A stretch of 63,528 nt of DNA, filler included, from Aduncisulcus paluster (Eukaryota), in the NCBI GenBank assembly GCA_024181965.1. It is 5 parts of 5 records of this genome, joined end to end, with 100 filler letters (N's around TTAATTAATTAA, not from the genome) between each part and the next. Parts side by side here need not be neighbours in the genome. Positions count along the whole stretch, not along the records: positions 43,797 to 56,191 come from BQXS01013860.1; positions 56,292 to 63,528 come from BQXS01013861.1; 3 more parts are not named here. One strand, given 5' to 3'. The translations under genes were made by a program, and so were the position numbers. Of this stretch, positions 46,188 to 56,346 are shown one piece after another (within the stretch, counting starts at the first letter, position 1; each line of letters opens with the position of its first letter). A model generated the notes under the pieces. The model had not been told where the DNA came from and did no database searches. It saw only the letters and a program-made list of their open reading frames with translations.

Positions 46188-48593
46188 TTGTGGCCGATGC
46201 CACTCGCGAATGATGTGGTACTATCCTACACGTTTCTGAGAGATATAGGACTCATCCACATGAATTGGTACGCAGAAATCGTGGAGGAGTCAGGAATTGA
46301 GATACCAAATGTTGAGGATTTCATCCTAGATGAATCTTCCGGGGTTGAGATACCCGTAGAAAGTGTCAACGAGGAATTGGATAGCACAACCCGTAATAAA
46401 TGGATGGAAATGTTATCAGAATTCAAGGAAACTCTTGATGAAGCTGGCGAGGCAGCAAAGGTGATAATGATTGATATTAATTTGGAAGGGGACATCCAAT
46501 GTTTCCCACCCAGAAGGGTTAGACCGGACCTTGTGGAAAAGGTTAGGGCTGAGATCGAAAAATTAAGGAGAAAGGGGTTTATAAAACCATCCATGTCACC
46601 GGTGGTGTCACCGATGGTTATCGTCCCGAAAAAAAATGGCAGAATTCGATTGTGTATCGACTACAGGAGAGTGAATGATGTAACGAAGAGCTTGGAGTTC
46701 CCACTACCAAGAATTGAGGAGATATTCAGGGATGCTACGGGGCATAAGTGGTTCAAGACACTTGACCTGTCAAGTGGATACCATCAGTATCTTGTGCATC
46801 CAGATTCTCGTTTTGCTACAGCATTCTCTACTCCCTGGGGTATATATGAATGGATTCGTCTTCCTTTTGGATTGAAATGTGCGCCTGCTTTCTTCCAAAT
46901 GGTGATGTCAAACTTGCTAGAGGATCTGCAAGAGATATGTAGATGTTATATCGATGATATAATCATCTGGGGAAACACACAGGAAGAACTTCAAGAAAAT
47001 ACAACGAAAGTATTGGAAAAACTGCGAGAGTTCAGACTGAAGATCAATCCGAACAAATGTAAGTTTGGAATGAAACAAGTAGAACATCTTGGAGTCATCT
47101 TAGATGAAAAAGGAATCAGAATAAGTCCTAAAAGACTTCTACAAGTGGAGAGGTTCTCTGACTTGGAAACTGTCAAAGACGTTCGTTCCTTTCTGGGAAT
47201 CGTGAACTTTTTCAGGAAATTCATTCCGTCATTCACAGAAATGGTCGAGCCCATTGCAAAGCTCAAAAAGGAGGCAGAATGGAAATGGGGTGAAGAACAA
47301 TGCCAGGCAGTGATGAAAATCATAAAAGAAATCAACATTCAGACGGTGCTGAGTTTCCCCACAGGTTGCGGTGTGATACATCTATATACCGATGCGTCAG
47401 TGAGTGGGGTCGGAGGTATACTCCTCGAAGAAGTGGAAGGAGAAGATCCAAAGGTTTTGGGTTTCATGTCCAAGTCCCTTTCAGAAGTGCAATCAAGATG
47501 GAGTATCACAGAACTTGAATTGTTCGCAATAGTATATTGCGTCGATCAGATGCAACAGTACCTCAGAGGAAGGGAGTTTGTGGTGCATAGTGACCATAGA
47601 AATCTATTGTACATGGAGGAATCACAGTCAAAGAAGGTACAAAGATGGAAAATGGTGTTATCTGAATATGATTTTAAGCTTCACCACATTGCTGGGAAGC
47701 AGAACGTTGTTGTAGACGTGTTAAGCAGAGTCCGAGGGTCTGGCAGGTTGCCGACACAAACCTTGTTCACGACCAGGTTGGTCACATCAAGAGATCGTCT
47801 TGTAAAGCGAATTTTGGGGGAACAACAGAAAGAGACTGATGCTTGGAAAAGAAAATACAAAATACAGGAAACCCAAGATGGATGGACAAAGAATGGAGCT
47901 CTGGTGGTGCCAGAGGTTTTGGAACATGATGCATTGGCCATGGTCCATGGAGAAGAGCTAATCAGTCATGCGGGAATCAATAGGATGGTACAAAGATTAA
48001 AAGAACACAACTTGTACATTCCTAATGCCCAGCAGAAGGCAGGAAGCTTTATCAAGAATTGTCACATTTGTCAAAAGTTGAGAATGTCCGAGTCAATGAG
48101 AGTCATTGCGAGAGACACTTATGCGATCAGACCTTTTGCGGTGGTCTCTGTGGACACAGTTGGCCCCATAAAGCCATCTCGAAGAGAGTTTAGGTATTTG
48201 GTGGTTATGATGGATATCTTCAGTAGTTGGACAGAAATAGCACCAACGTTGTCAGTCACAGCTCAAGATGCAGCAAGAGCTATGATTGATAAGGTATTCT
48301 GTACTATTGGTTTACCATTAACAATTCGAAGTGATAATGGCCCACAATATGTAAATGGATTATTCCGTTGGCTATATAAATGGTTGAAAATCAAACATCA
48401 CAAAGTCATCACTTACAATCCACAGTCGAATGGTATTGTAGAAAGAAGAAATGCCGAAGTTGTTCGATGCTTGCGTGTTTTATGTGCAGAGTTTGAAGAT
48501 TTCGAGGATTGGGATCTTTACTTACCGGTGGTACAATGGATAATTAATACAACTCCGAGTTCTGTGACGAAATATTCATTGGTGACTTTTTAA
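46188..48593 (+). CDS. Pol fragment (RT-RNase H-integrase core) of element B
   Basis: 801-aa ORF in gypsy domain order RT-RH-IN. Confidence 0.9.
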   Translation: MWPMPLANDVVLSYTFLRDIGLIHMNWYAEIVEESGIEIPNVEDFILDESSGVEIPVESVNEELDSTTRNKWMEMLSEFKETLDEAGEAAKVIMIDINLEGDIQCFPPRRVRPDLVEKVRAEIEKLRRKGFIKPSMSPVVSPMVIVPKKNGRIRLCIDYRRVNDVTKSLEFPLPRIEEIFRDATGHKWFKTLDLSSGYHQYLVHPDSRFATAFSTPWGIYEWIRLPFGLKCAPAFFQMVMSNLLEDLQEICRCYIDDIIIWGNTQEELQENTTKVLEKLREFRLKINPNKCKFGMKQVEHLGVILDEKGIRISPKRLLQVERFSDLETVKDVRSFLGIVNFFRKFIPSFTEMVEPIAKLKKEAEWKWGEEQCQAVMKIIKEINIQTVLSFPTGCGVIHLYTDASVSGVGGILLEEVEGEDPKVLGFMSKSLSEVQSRWSITELELFAIVYCVDQMQQYLRGREFVVHSDHRNLLYMEESQSKKVQRWKMVLSEYDFKLHHIAGKQNVVVDVLSRVRGSGRLPTQTLFTTRLVTSRDRLVKRILGEQQKETDAWKRKYKIQETQDGWTKNGALVVPEVLEHDALAMVHGEELISHAGINRMVQRLKEHNLYIPNAQQKAGSFIKNCHICQKLRMSESMRVIARDTYAIRPFAVVSVDTVGPIKPSRREFRYLVVMMDIFSSWTEIAPTLSVTAQDAARAMIDKVFCTIGLPLTIRSDNGPQYVNGLFRWLYKWLKIKHHKVITYNPQSNGIVERRNAEVVRCLRVLCAEFEDFEDWDLYLPVVQWIINTTPSSVTKYSLVTF

Positions 48594-48653
48594 GTACAAA
48601 ACAAGAATGGATGGCAGAAGAAGCATCTCCATTACCGGTAGCTTCCAACATCA

Positions 48654-49879
48654 ACGAATGGGTTAAAGTCCAGGCTAAGCGAAAGGAATGGTTGGTGAAA
48701 GAAGTCGAGAAGGCTCAAAAGAAAGCCACGGAAGAAAGGAGAGGAGAGGAGGACGATGATCAGGAATTCCCAGAACTACATTCATTTGTGTTGGTAAAGC
48801 CTGAGAAAAAACCTTCGAAGCTCCATCCACGGCTATTGGGACCGGTTGAGGTGATAAAACTGCTAAAGGACAGGAATGCAGTTGAAGTGAAGTGGTTAGT
48901 GATAAAACAAAAGCAGCAAGAAGTAATTTCATTAAGAAGAATCGTAAGATTCAGAAGTGAAGGTTACTCATTGCCATCTCTAAGAAAACTAGCAGAGTTA
49001 GATGAGGAAGCTTTTGTGGTAGAAAAAGTTAGACCATCGTTTCGGTGAAGAAGGTCTTGAGCTCCTATGTAAATGGTTTGGATATGGGGAATCAGAAAAC
49101 ACGTGGGAGCCAAAGGAAAATGTGGAAAACACACCGGTGGTGCAAGAATATCTGGATGATCAAGGTTTGTGATTTCAGAGGGGGAATCTTCTCAAGAAAG
49201 GGGAGAATGTTGTATATATTAATAAATTTGACCACGATCAATAATTCTTTATATTTCCGTTGATACACGAATGGGTTAAAGTCCAGGCTAAGCGAAAGGA
49301 ATGGTTGGTGAAAGAAGTCGAGAAGGCTCAAAAGAAAGCCACGGAAGAAAGGAGAGGAGAGGAGGACGATGATCAGGAATTCCCAGAACTACATTCATTT
49401 GTGTTGGTAAAGCCTGAGAAAAAACCTTCGAAGCTCCATCCACGGCTATTGGGACCGGTTGAGGTGATAAAACTGCTAAAGGACAGGAATGCAGTTGAAG
49501 TGAAGTGGTTAGTGATAAAACAAAAGCAGCAAGAAGTAATTTCATTAAGAAGAATCGTAAGATTCAGAAGTGAAGGTTACTCATTGCCATCTCTAAGAAA
49601 ACTAGCAGAGTTAGATGAGGAAGCTTTTGTGGTAGAAAAAGTTAGACCATCGTTTCGGTGAAGAAGGTCTTGAGCTCCTATGTAAATGGTTTGGATATGG
49701 GGAATCAGAAAACACGTGGGAGCCAAAGGAAAATGTGGAAAACACACCGGTGGTGCAAGAATATCTGGATGATCAAGGTTTGTGATTTCAGAGGGGGAAT
49801 CTTCTCAAGAAAGGGGAGAATGTTGTATATATTAATAAATTTGACCACGATCAATAATTCTTTATATTTCCGTTGATAC
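48654..49879. repeat. Tandem duplication (613-bp unit) of the integrase tail, chromodomain, PPT and LTR
   Basis: 48654-49266 equals 49267-49879. Confidence 0.92.
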
Positions 49880-49885
49880 GGCACA
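49821..49885 (+). repeat. Putative short 3' LTR of element B (partial homologue at 45432-45493)
   Basis: Follows the purine tract AAGAAAGGGGAGAA, starts with TG and ends with CA. It shares ATTTGACCACG.TCAATAA...TATTTC.GTT.GATA...TACGGCACA with the 5' end of the element. Confidence 0.6.
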
Positions 49886-50354
49886 CTGGTTTTCAAGAAT
49901 GGAAGACCTAGGTTCCAAGAAGAAGCATGTATCCAACTGTGGATAGTTGTTTCTTGAGGATGTTCCAATAGAACCATATTCATTCGAAGATGCCACAAGC
50001 CTTTTGGTAGTGGTCAACAATAAATAAATATTAAAGAAAACAATTCAACTTATCGTCATACTCAGCATTGAGATTTCACAAAACAACTTACTTAAAAAGG
50101 AATAAAATGTAACATGCAGAAATTCGAAGCAGCAATATCTCAGAAGTGACAGGCGATTCATTACTCTGTTTATATAGTCCTGAATCATCAGAGAGAGAGA
50201 GAGAGAGAGACCATCTTGGTTAGGTTGAATAGTCTATCGTTTATAAATCCATTACTCTGAAGTTCAGATCCAATGCACATGAATATATAAATATATATAT
50301 CACAGATCAATCAATACACGCATCAAGTAAAAATAGAACAATCCAAAGAATCAG

Positions 50355-50584
50355 ATAATATTTTTTTGGTAGAGGTTCCCCCACTTTTCTCAGCCACCGC
50401 CGGTGGAAAGTTTGTATTTTTTTTTTTTGTTTGTTGTTTTTTTGGGAAAAAAATATATTAAAGAAATGTACAGTGCAACCACCGTACATGGGGGACCCCC
50501 ACGGATGGGGGTAAAAGGGGGGAAATTTACTCATAGATAGATAGGAGATTGGTGAAGTCAAGAATAAAAAGAATAGACTCCATA
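50355..50584. repeat. ~230-bp dispersed repeat, copy 1 (candidate DNA-transposon terminal repeat)
   Basis: Near-identical to 55961-56191. Internal hairpins CCACCGCCGGTGG and CCCCCACGGATGGGGG. Confidence 0.88.
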
Positions 50585-50657
50585 GACCCAGTTCTAGTTC
50601 TCTTCTTATGATTCAAGGAGAAGAGAAAAGCTTGGATTCGGCAAAACAAAGAAAAGA

Positions 50658-51086
50658 TCACGAATCAAGAATCATCATCCAAGAATAGCCCGAGAAAAGG
50701 GAAAGAGAAACACCGGAAGAAGACTTTGTCTGCATCACGGAAGTGCCAGCAAAATGTGAACAAGGCATCCATTTTTCATAACAACACGAACATCTCCAGC
50801 TCCCACGTTCGTTTGCACAGACAGCCAATTTCTTACACAACGACGTCATTCTTCGAGACGCATAAACATTCCAATGTGTAACTTCACTTCTCCACAACTG
50901 GAATTTCTTCAACAGTACATCATCAACAGCTAAAGTGAGAGTATGCTCAAGCGATGGGGGTAACGAAGAAGAGAGAGAAGAGAGAGGAGGAAGATGAGGG
51001 GCTGGTAAGGTTAGCTTACGACTCTTTCTGGCATTCATGGCAAGAGTCACAGATAACATCGGGGTGGGGGAAACTGGATTCCGCAT
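50658..51086 (-). mobile_element. SWIM-type zinc-finger ORF, possible MULE/Mutator transposase remnant
   Basis: WRCSCCYEKWMPCSHF fits CxC-xn-PCxH. It lies immediately inside the 230-bp repeat. Confidence 0.45.
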
Positions 51087-51171
51087 ACCTCCAGAGAATC
51101 ATAGAAAAAAAAATATATGAAAGGGATAAGAGATATGTAAAGTATGGAAAATTTTCTCGTAAAAATACCTT

Positions 51172-52197
51172 TTATATAAGCAATGAAGATTCAATTTGTG
51201 CTTGGATTTGAAGAGACCTTATCAGAGCTTCTTGAGATATCGATTTCTTCTCAAAATGTTTCAATTTATCGATACACGTCTTTATAAATCCAATTTTTGA
51301 GGAAAGATCTATTTTTAGTCTCTCTATTTCCTTTTCATATAAATCTTTCATTCGGCTCATCTTTTGTTGGATTTTAGATCCCATTTCTTTCATGGCTTCT
51401 AATAACTCTTTGATCTTTGCGTCCTTTTCAATAATATCACATTTAACGCGTTCAAGTTCACTTTCTTTAATATCATATTGCTTTTTAAAATGATCTTTCT
51501 TATTTTCAACCTTTGCACATTTTGCACCCAGAGTTTTATATTTAGAATTGAGAGATGAATGTTTTTCCTCAATATAATGGAGTTTAGATTTCAGAAGATT
51601 TGTGTTTTTCGCATATTTCGATTTATCAATCCTCAGTTTTGAAATTATTGGTTTTAAAGATGAAGATATCATGGATGAGCTTTTTGAAATATCAGATAAG
51701 ATGATAGAAAGGGAATCGCATAAAGATGGTTGATCGGGTAATGAAATTAATGGGCTAAGAGTTGAAGATACAGAAATAGCCTTATCATTCGAGGGAGATG
51801 TACGAAATTCAGAAGGAATGATAGAAACGGATTCTTTTAAATCTGAGGCAATTAAAACAAGGTTTCGGAGTAATAATTGATATTTATCTTCATATTGTGT
51901 TCTAGGTTCATCCTTTTCCTTGTCATCTTTTGAAATTGAACTCACAGAGACTTCTTCAGTTTGAACAAACTTAGGACACCCTACAGGGGGAATAAATGAA
52001 ATATCAGCAACGCAACTATAATTTATAGGTTCTTCTTCTCCTTCATAGGTATCAATTATGCATTCTTTAGCCTCTATGTATTTTGAAAACACTTGAGGTG
52101 GTAAATGAGATAATATTTCTTCACCTGCAGCCACAATACGAATAAGAGCAGATCTAGATATATATTTCGGACATTTACCTCTTTGCAGAGGATCCAT
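51172..52197 (-). CDS. Hypothetical coiled-coil protein (341 aa)
   Basis: ATG-initiated ORF with a long Lys/Glu heptad C-terminal half. Confidence 0.72.
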   Translation of the reverse strand: MDPLQRGKCPKYISRSALIRIVAAGEEILSHLPPQVFSKYIEAKECIIDTYEGEEEPINYSCVADISFIPPVGCPKFVQTEEVSVSSISKDDKEKDEPRTQYEDKYQLLLRNLVLIASDLKESVSIIPSEFRTSPSNDKAISVSSTLSPLISLPDQPSLCDSLSIILSDISKSSSMISSSLKPIISKLRIDKSKYAKNTNLLKSKLHYIEEKHSSLNSKYKTLGAKCAKVENKKDHFKKQYDIKESELERVKCDIIEKDAKIKELLEAMKEMGSKIQQKMSRMKDLYEKEIERLKIDLSSKIGFIKTCIDKLKHFEKKSISQEALIRSLQIQAQIESSLLI

Positions 52198-52898
52198 TGA
52201 TGGTTCAATTTCAATTTTAAAACATTGACGTTTCCAAGATTAAAAATTCACACATATAGATCTCAAATTAAATTTATAACACAATAAAACAAGCAAATAT
52301 ATGATTATTGTTTTTATTTTATCAATATTAAAGGTTCCAAATAAATATTCTCATATCGACGGAAATTTCATTTTTTTCAAAAATTATTAAACATATTTTC
52401 CAATTAAATTAAAAATAAATCCCGTTTTTACTTGTCAGAACAACGTTGGTTTATTTATCATGCCCAATAAAAAAAAAAAAAATTCGACACTGTAGACTGT
52501 AGGGGGAAATTATAGCTTTATTTATCTCCTAGTGGAGTTTGGAAGATAGTTGGACACATAGGTGTAGGCGACGTAAGAAAAAGGCTCATAGTATCGAAGA
52601 ACGGTATCGGAAGAGCATGAGCAGCTGATCTCAGGGTAAAATTAGAGTCATTTCGGTGGCCCACTCATTTCAAGGAATCAGATAAGGACAGGTCAAGGAA
52701 CATGGCATGGAATATTCCACTATAACTAGTGTTAACTACATCAACGGATGATAAAGCTATCGACGGCCGTGTAAAATGAACTGTTAAACCAACATTCCAA
52801 TCGTATCCAAGCCTCCCATAACGGGTGTGTGGGCACGGCAGTGATGACAGTGTCCAAGACAAGAGTAACTACCAACTAACCAGCCAATGTTTCAACAG

Positions 52899-54624
52899 TT
52901 AATAAACCTTATCTGTTCTAACTCCCACGGAGCTGGACTTCTTTTTTTCGCTTGTTTCTTCCATTTGAGAAGAGGAAGACCTTTTCTTCCTTGCCACAAC
53001 CCTCCTTGCTCTTTCAAGGATGGGCATATAGAAACTATTCTTGCAATCTTCCATCTCTGCGATATCTTCACTCCTCACATGTTTACCCTTCTTGTTTTTC
53101 TTCTTGTTTTTCTTTTTCTCAACAATAACCATGGGTTCATCCAATCCGTCTCTTTCCCCGCCCACAATAGCACAATCAATAGAAGATTTTTGTTCTTTCT
53201 CAGGTGATCCAATTATATCTTCACTTCCTATACGTTTCATCTCGATTATTTTACCACAGAGTTTGTCAATTGGGATAGAATAAATTGAAACACTGCCATC
53301 AGACCCACTCACAACCAATCTTTTCCCATCTTTGCTCCATGCAGCATCTGTTAGAGCCATGGAGTGGATATGAAATCCCGTGCTCACAAACACACACTTA
53401 AAATCAGGAGTTCTATACACAGCAACGGCATCCTTGGCAATGAGAGCAACAAGGCAAGTGGATCCAATGGCAAGATATGACGGTTCCTCTGTTAGTTCTG
53501 GAGGGAGTTCGAAGATAAGGGGGCATGAACGGACACCAATAACATCACCTTCAAATCCACTAAGAGCACACAATGGAATAGCTCTCTTATTCGACACGGG
53601 AACAGAGGAATCTGCCACAACGGAAGGAGAAAGGGGGAGATGTTGCTGTAGTGTTTTCCATTGCTTATTCAGGGCATATTTGGGCTGCAATCCAAGATCT
53701 TCTCGGCCAAAGACCCAGACACAAGGAACAGGCTCTGGAAGGGAGCTCTGAGGCTTCACTAGTCCAGAGGGGGCAATTATAAAGTTCCCATCTGCAGTGA
53801 AATCAAGTCTTCGAATGAAGGTTGGGAAGGAATCTCCATGGAAAAGAGATACCATTCCAGATGTTTCCTCAGAAGATTTAGACTCAAACAATTCAGAATC
53901 CCATACCTTACTGCCAATTCTACCATTTACAACGAGTTTCCAGTCACCTCTCGATCCGACACAAACTCTGGACATCCCTCTCACACACCCATCGGCTCCC
54001 ATGCTCACACAGCCTCCACCAAGGGGATCGAATGCTATTCCTTGAACAAAATGTCGATGAACTCGTTCAAAGAAGAAAGAAGTGTGACATTTACGGGATA
54101 ACCTCCACATGCTCACAAACTTATCAATACATCCACTGATGATATGGGAACTATCGGGGGCCCAAGAGAGATCATATACACTACCTCTGTTGCCTTTAAG
54201 GGTGCGAGCAATCACCCACCGTTCGACACAAAGCTCATCTCTCACGAATACAGGTTCTTCAATAGGAGTACGCTGCCACAATACAACTTCACCATCATCA
54301 CAGGCAGATGCTAAATATTGACCATTTGGGGAGAATCTGACAATGTTTACGGGGGTTTTATGGTGGCAAAGGGTTGAGAGTCGATGGGGGACAATATTTC
54401 CTTCTTTATCTTTTACAAGCTTCCATATCTTTTTTAAATAGATTAAAATTATTTATATGAATGAGTAAAAACAGCCAAAAACAAAAACAAAATTGAACTA
54501 ATGATTTTAAACATACACGAATGACATTATCATCTCCTGAGGTCACCAAACGATCACTCTTATGGATATCGAGTGAAAGAATCCGTCCAGAGTGAAACTC
54601 AAACTCCAGGAGTTCTCCTTGCAT
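52899..54624 (-). CDS. CHAF1B: Chromatin assembly factor 1 subunit B (p60/Cac2), WD40 protein; exons 54624-54517 and 54428-52899
   Basis: An 88-nt phase-0 GTATGT...AAAG intron (54516-54429) gives RLVTSGDDNVIR|IW...HKTPVNIVRFSPNGQYLASACDDG. Further motifs: VYDLSWAPD, HRHFVQGIAFDPLG, LFHGDSFPTFIRRLDFTADG, LTDAAWSKDG. Confidence 0.9.
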
Positions 54625-54948
54625 TATTTATCGAAAGAAATTGAAGTATTTAATGTAAGTTTCGGAAAAGACCTCTAGAAGGAACTATTTAGTTTACTAT
54701 CATTTAAAAACTAATGTATTAATAAATATTATGTAATTATTTTCTCATTGAATCTACTGTTCCTCTGATAGAGGACTACCAATATTTATTTCAGCATATA
54801 AAGAAAAAAAACAGAATTGGAGAACTTATTTTTTAATTTCTTTTTGCAAAGGCATCATCTAAGCTACTCTTTCATTTTAGAACTAATAGGTTTGTTTCAT
54901 AAAAATCTTTCCACTGGAAATGGGCCATTTCGTCACACAATCATATCA

Positions 54949-55185
54949 ATGGGTGGAAAAAAACGTTGGGTATGCGATTATTGTGATGTTCCACTCAAAT
55001 CTTCAACTGCAGCAGCACGCCGAGAACATTGTATGGGAGTTGATCATCAAAAGGCGGTGAAAATGTGGTGGAAAGAAAAAAACAAAGAACTTATTGCCCA
55101 ATATGTTAAAAAAAGAGTTGAACTTGGGTTACCAAAGTTCCCTCCAGAGTGGGAGGATGCTAGAAAAGCTAAACAGGCTTTGTGA
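54949..55185 (+). CDS. SNRPC: U1 snRNP protein C-like matrin zinc finger (78 aa)
   Basis: CDYC-x14-HCMGVDH has the U1-C spacing (C-x2-C-x14-H-x5-H, HCxG..H). ZMAT5 is the alternative assignment. Confidence 0.68.
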   Translation: MGGKKRWVCDYCDVPLKSSTAAARREHCMGVDHQKAVKMWWKEKNKELIAQYVKKRVELGLPKFPPEWEDARKAKQAL

Positions 55186-55353
55186 GATTAAAAAGTCGTT
55201 CAACGACTAAAAAAAAATTGTTTTTTTTTTGCATCTATTCAAAGATTTTACTGATTTATTTTTGAAATATACAGAATCCAATATGAAATTGAAAACATTA
55301 TGTCGCAGAGATATGGGCTGTTTTTTTATTTCAAATAAATGATGTCAATTCAC

Positions 55354-55926
55354 TCACCAACGAGTTCTTCTCTTCCCCTTTGCACCAAGATGGACCATAA
55401 TAACATTCTTGAAAGCTTCAGGGATATCGAGATGGAAGACAATATCACGCAAATTAGAGGCAATGTGTTTGTTCATGATAGAACAGAACCAACGAGAAGC
55501 CTCAACTCCTTTCTCCCTGACGTACCAGAGAATCTCCTTCTTGATCTCTTCTTGCATAGGAGCTGTGCATGAAACACGAGTGATCTTTCCGTGGGAATAA
55601 CCCAAAAGATCCACCTCAGTGAGAGAAATCTTGTGTTGAAGCTCGAACACAACACGTAAAAAGTCCATGGCACACTGGTTTTCAAGAATGGAAGACNNNN
55701 NNNNNNNNNNNNNNNNNNNNNNNNNNNNNNNNNNNNNNNNNNNNNCTTGCATCTTCAGCATTATCGCATCACGATCACGGGCTTCTCTATCTAATTTTGT
55801 CGCTTCTTCCTCAGTTTTATGCACAGTTCTCTGAGCTATAAGGGAAGCACTATCCACTTCTTCACAATACCGAGATATTTGATCTTTTCTTTCAGTCAGC
55901 TTTTGCAATTCGCCTTCTGTTCTCTT
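55354..55926 (-). pseudogene. Gap-spanning ORF fragment of a repeated unknown sequence
   Basis: No ATG, spans an N gap and abuts the 230-bp repeat. 55669-55696 is identical to 49880-49907. Confidence 0.4.
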
Positions 55927-55960
55927 TAAAGATGCTTTTTGGTCATGTATATTACGTTGA

Positions 55961-56191
55961 ATAATATTTTTTTGGTAGAGGTTCCCCCACTTTTCTCAGC
56001 CACCGCCGGTGGAAAGTTTGTATTTTTTTTTTTTTGTTTGTTGTTTTTTTGGGAAAAAAATATAATAAAGAAATGTACAGTGCAACCACCGTACAGGGGG
56101 GACCCCCACGGATGGGGGTAAAAGGGGGGAAATTTACTCATAGATAGATGGGAGATTGGTGAAGTCAAGAATAAAAAGAATAGACTTCATA
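55961..56191. repeat. ~230-bp dispersed repeat, copy 2 (runs off the contig end)
   Basis: Near-identical to 50355-50584. Confidence 0.88.
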
Positions 56192-56291
56192 NNNNNNNNN
56201 NNNNNNNNNNNNNNNNNNNNNNNNNNNNNNNNNNNTTAATTAATTAANNNNNNNNNNNNNNNNNNNNNNNNNNNNNNNNNNNNNNNNNNNN
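56192..56291. other. Artificial contig linker
   Basis: N44-TTAATTAATTAA-N44. Confidence 0.97.
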
Positions 56292-56346
56292 CTATTCATA
56301 TAGTAAGGAATTAAGTAAGTATGATAAGAGTTTAGATGCACAAAGA

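Larger units (their letters stand above)
45431..49885 (+). mobile_element. Ty3/gypsy chromovirus-type LTR retrotransposon B (gag-PR-RT-RH-IN-chromodomain), defective
   Basis: Protease ALADTG; RT RLCIDY, LDLSSGY, YIDD; RNase H YTDAS; integrase HHCC and RSDNG...NGIVER. Chromodomain at 49032-49172. Purine tract followed by TG...CA. Several frameshifts and stops. Confidence 0.93.

Noticed and set aside
52520..52862. Selenoprotein (TGA readthrough) given the YqeC gene
   Set aside because: No ATG, no redox motif around the TGA and no convincing SECIS. YqeC relates to a non-Sec selenium cofactor.
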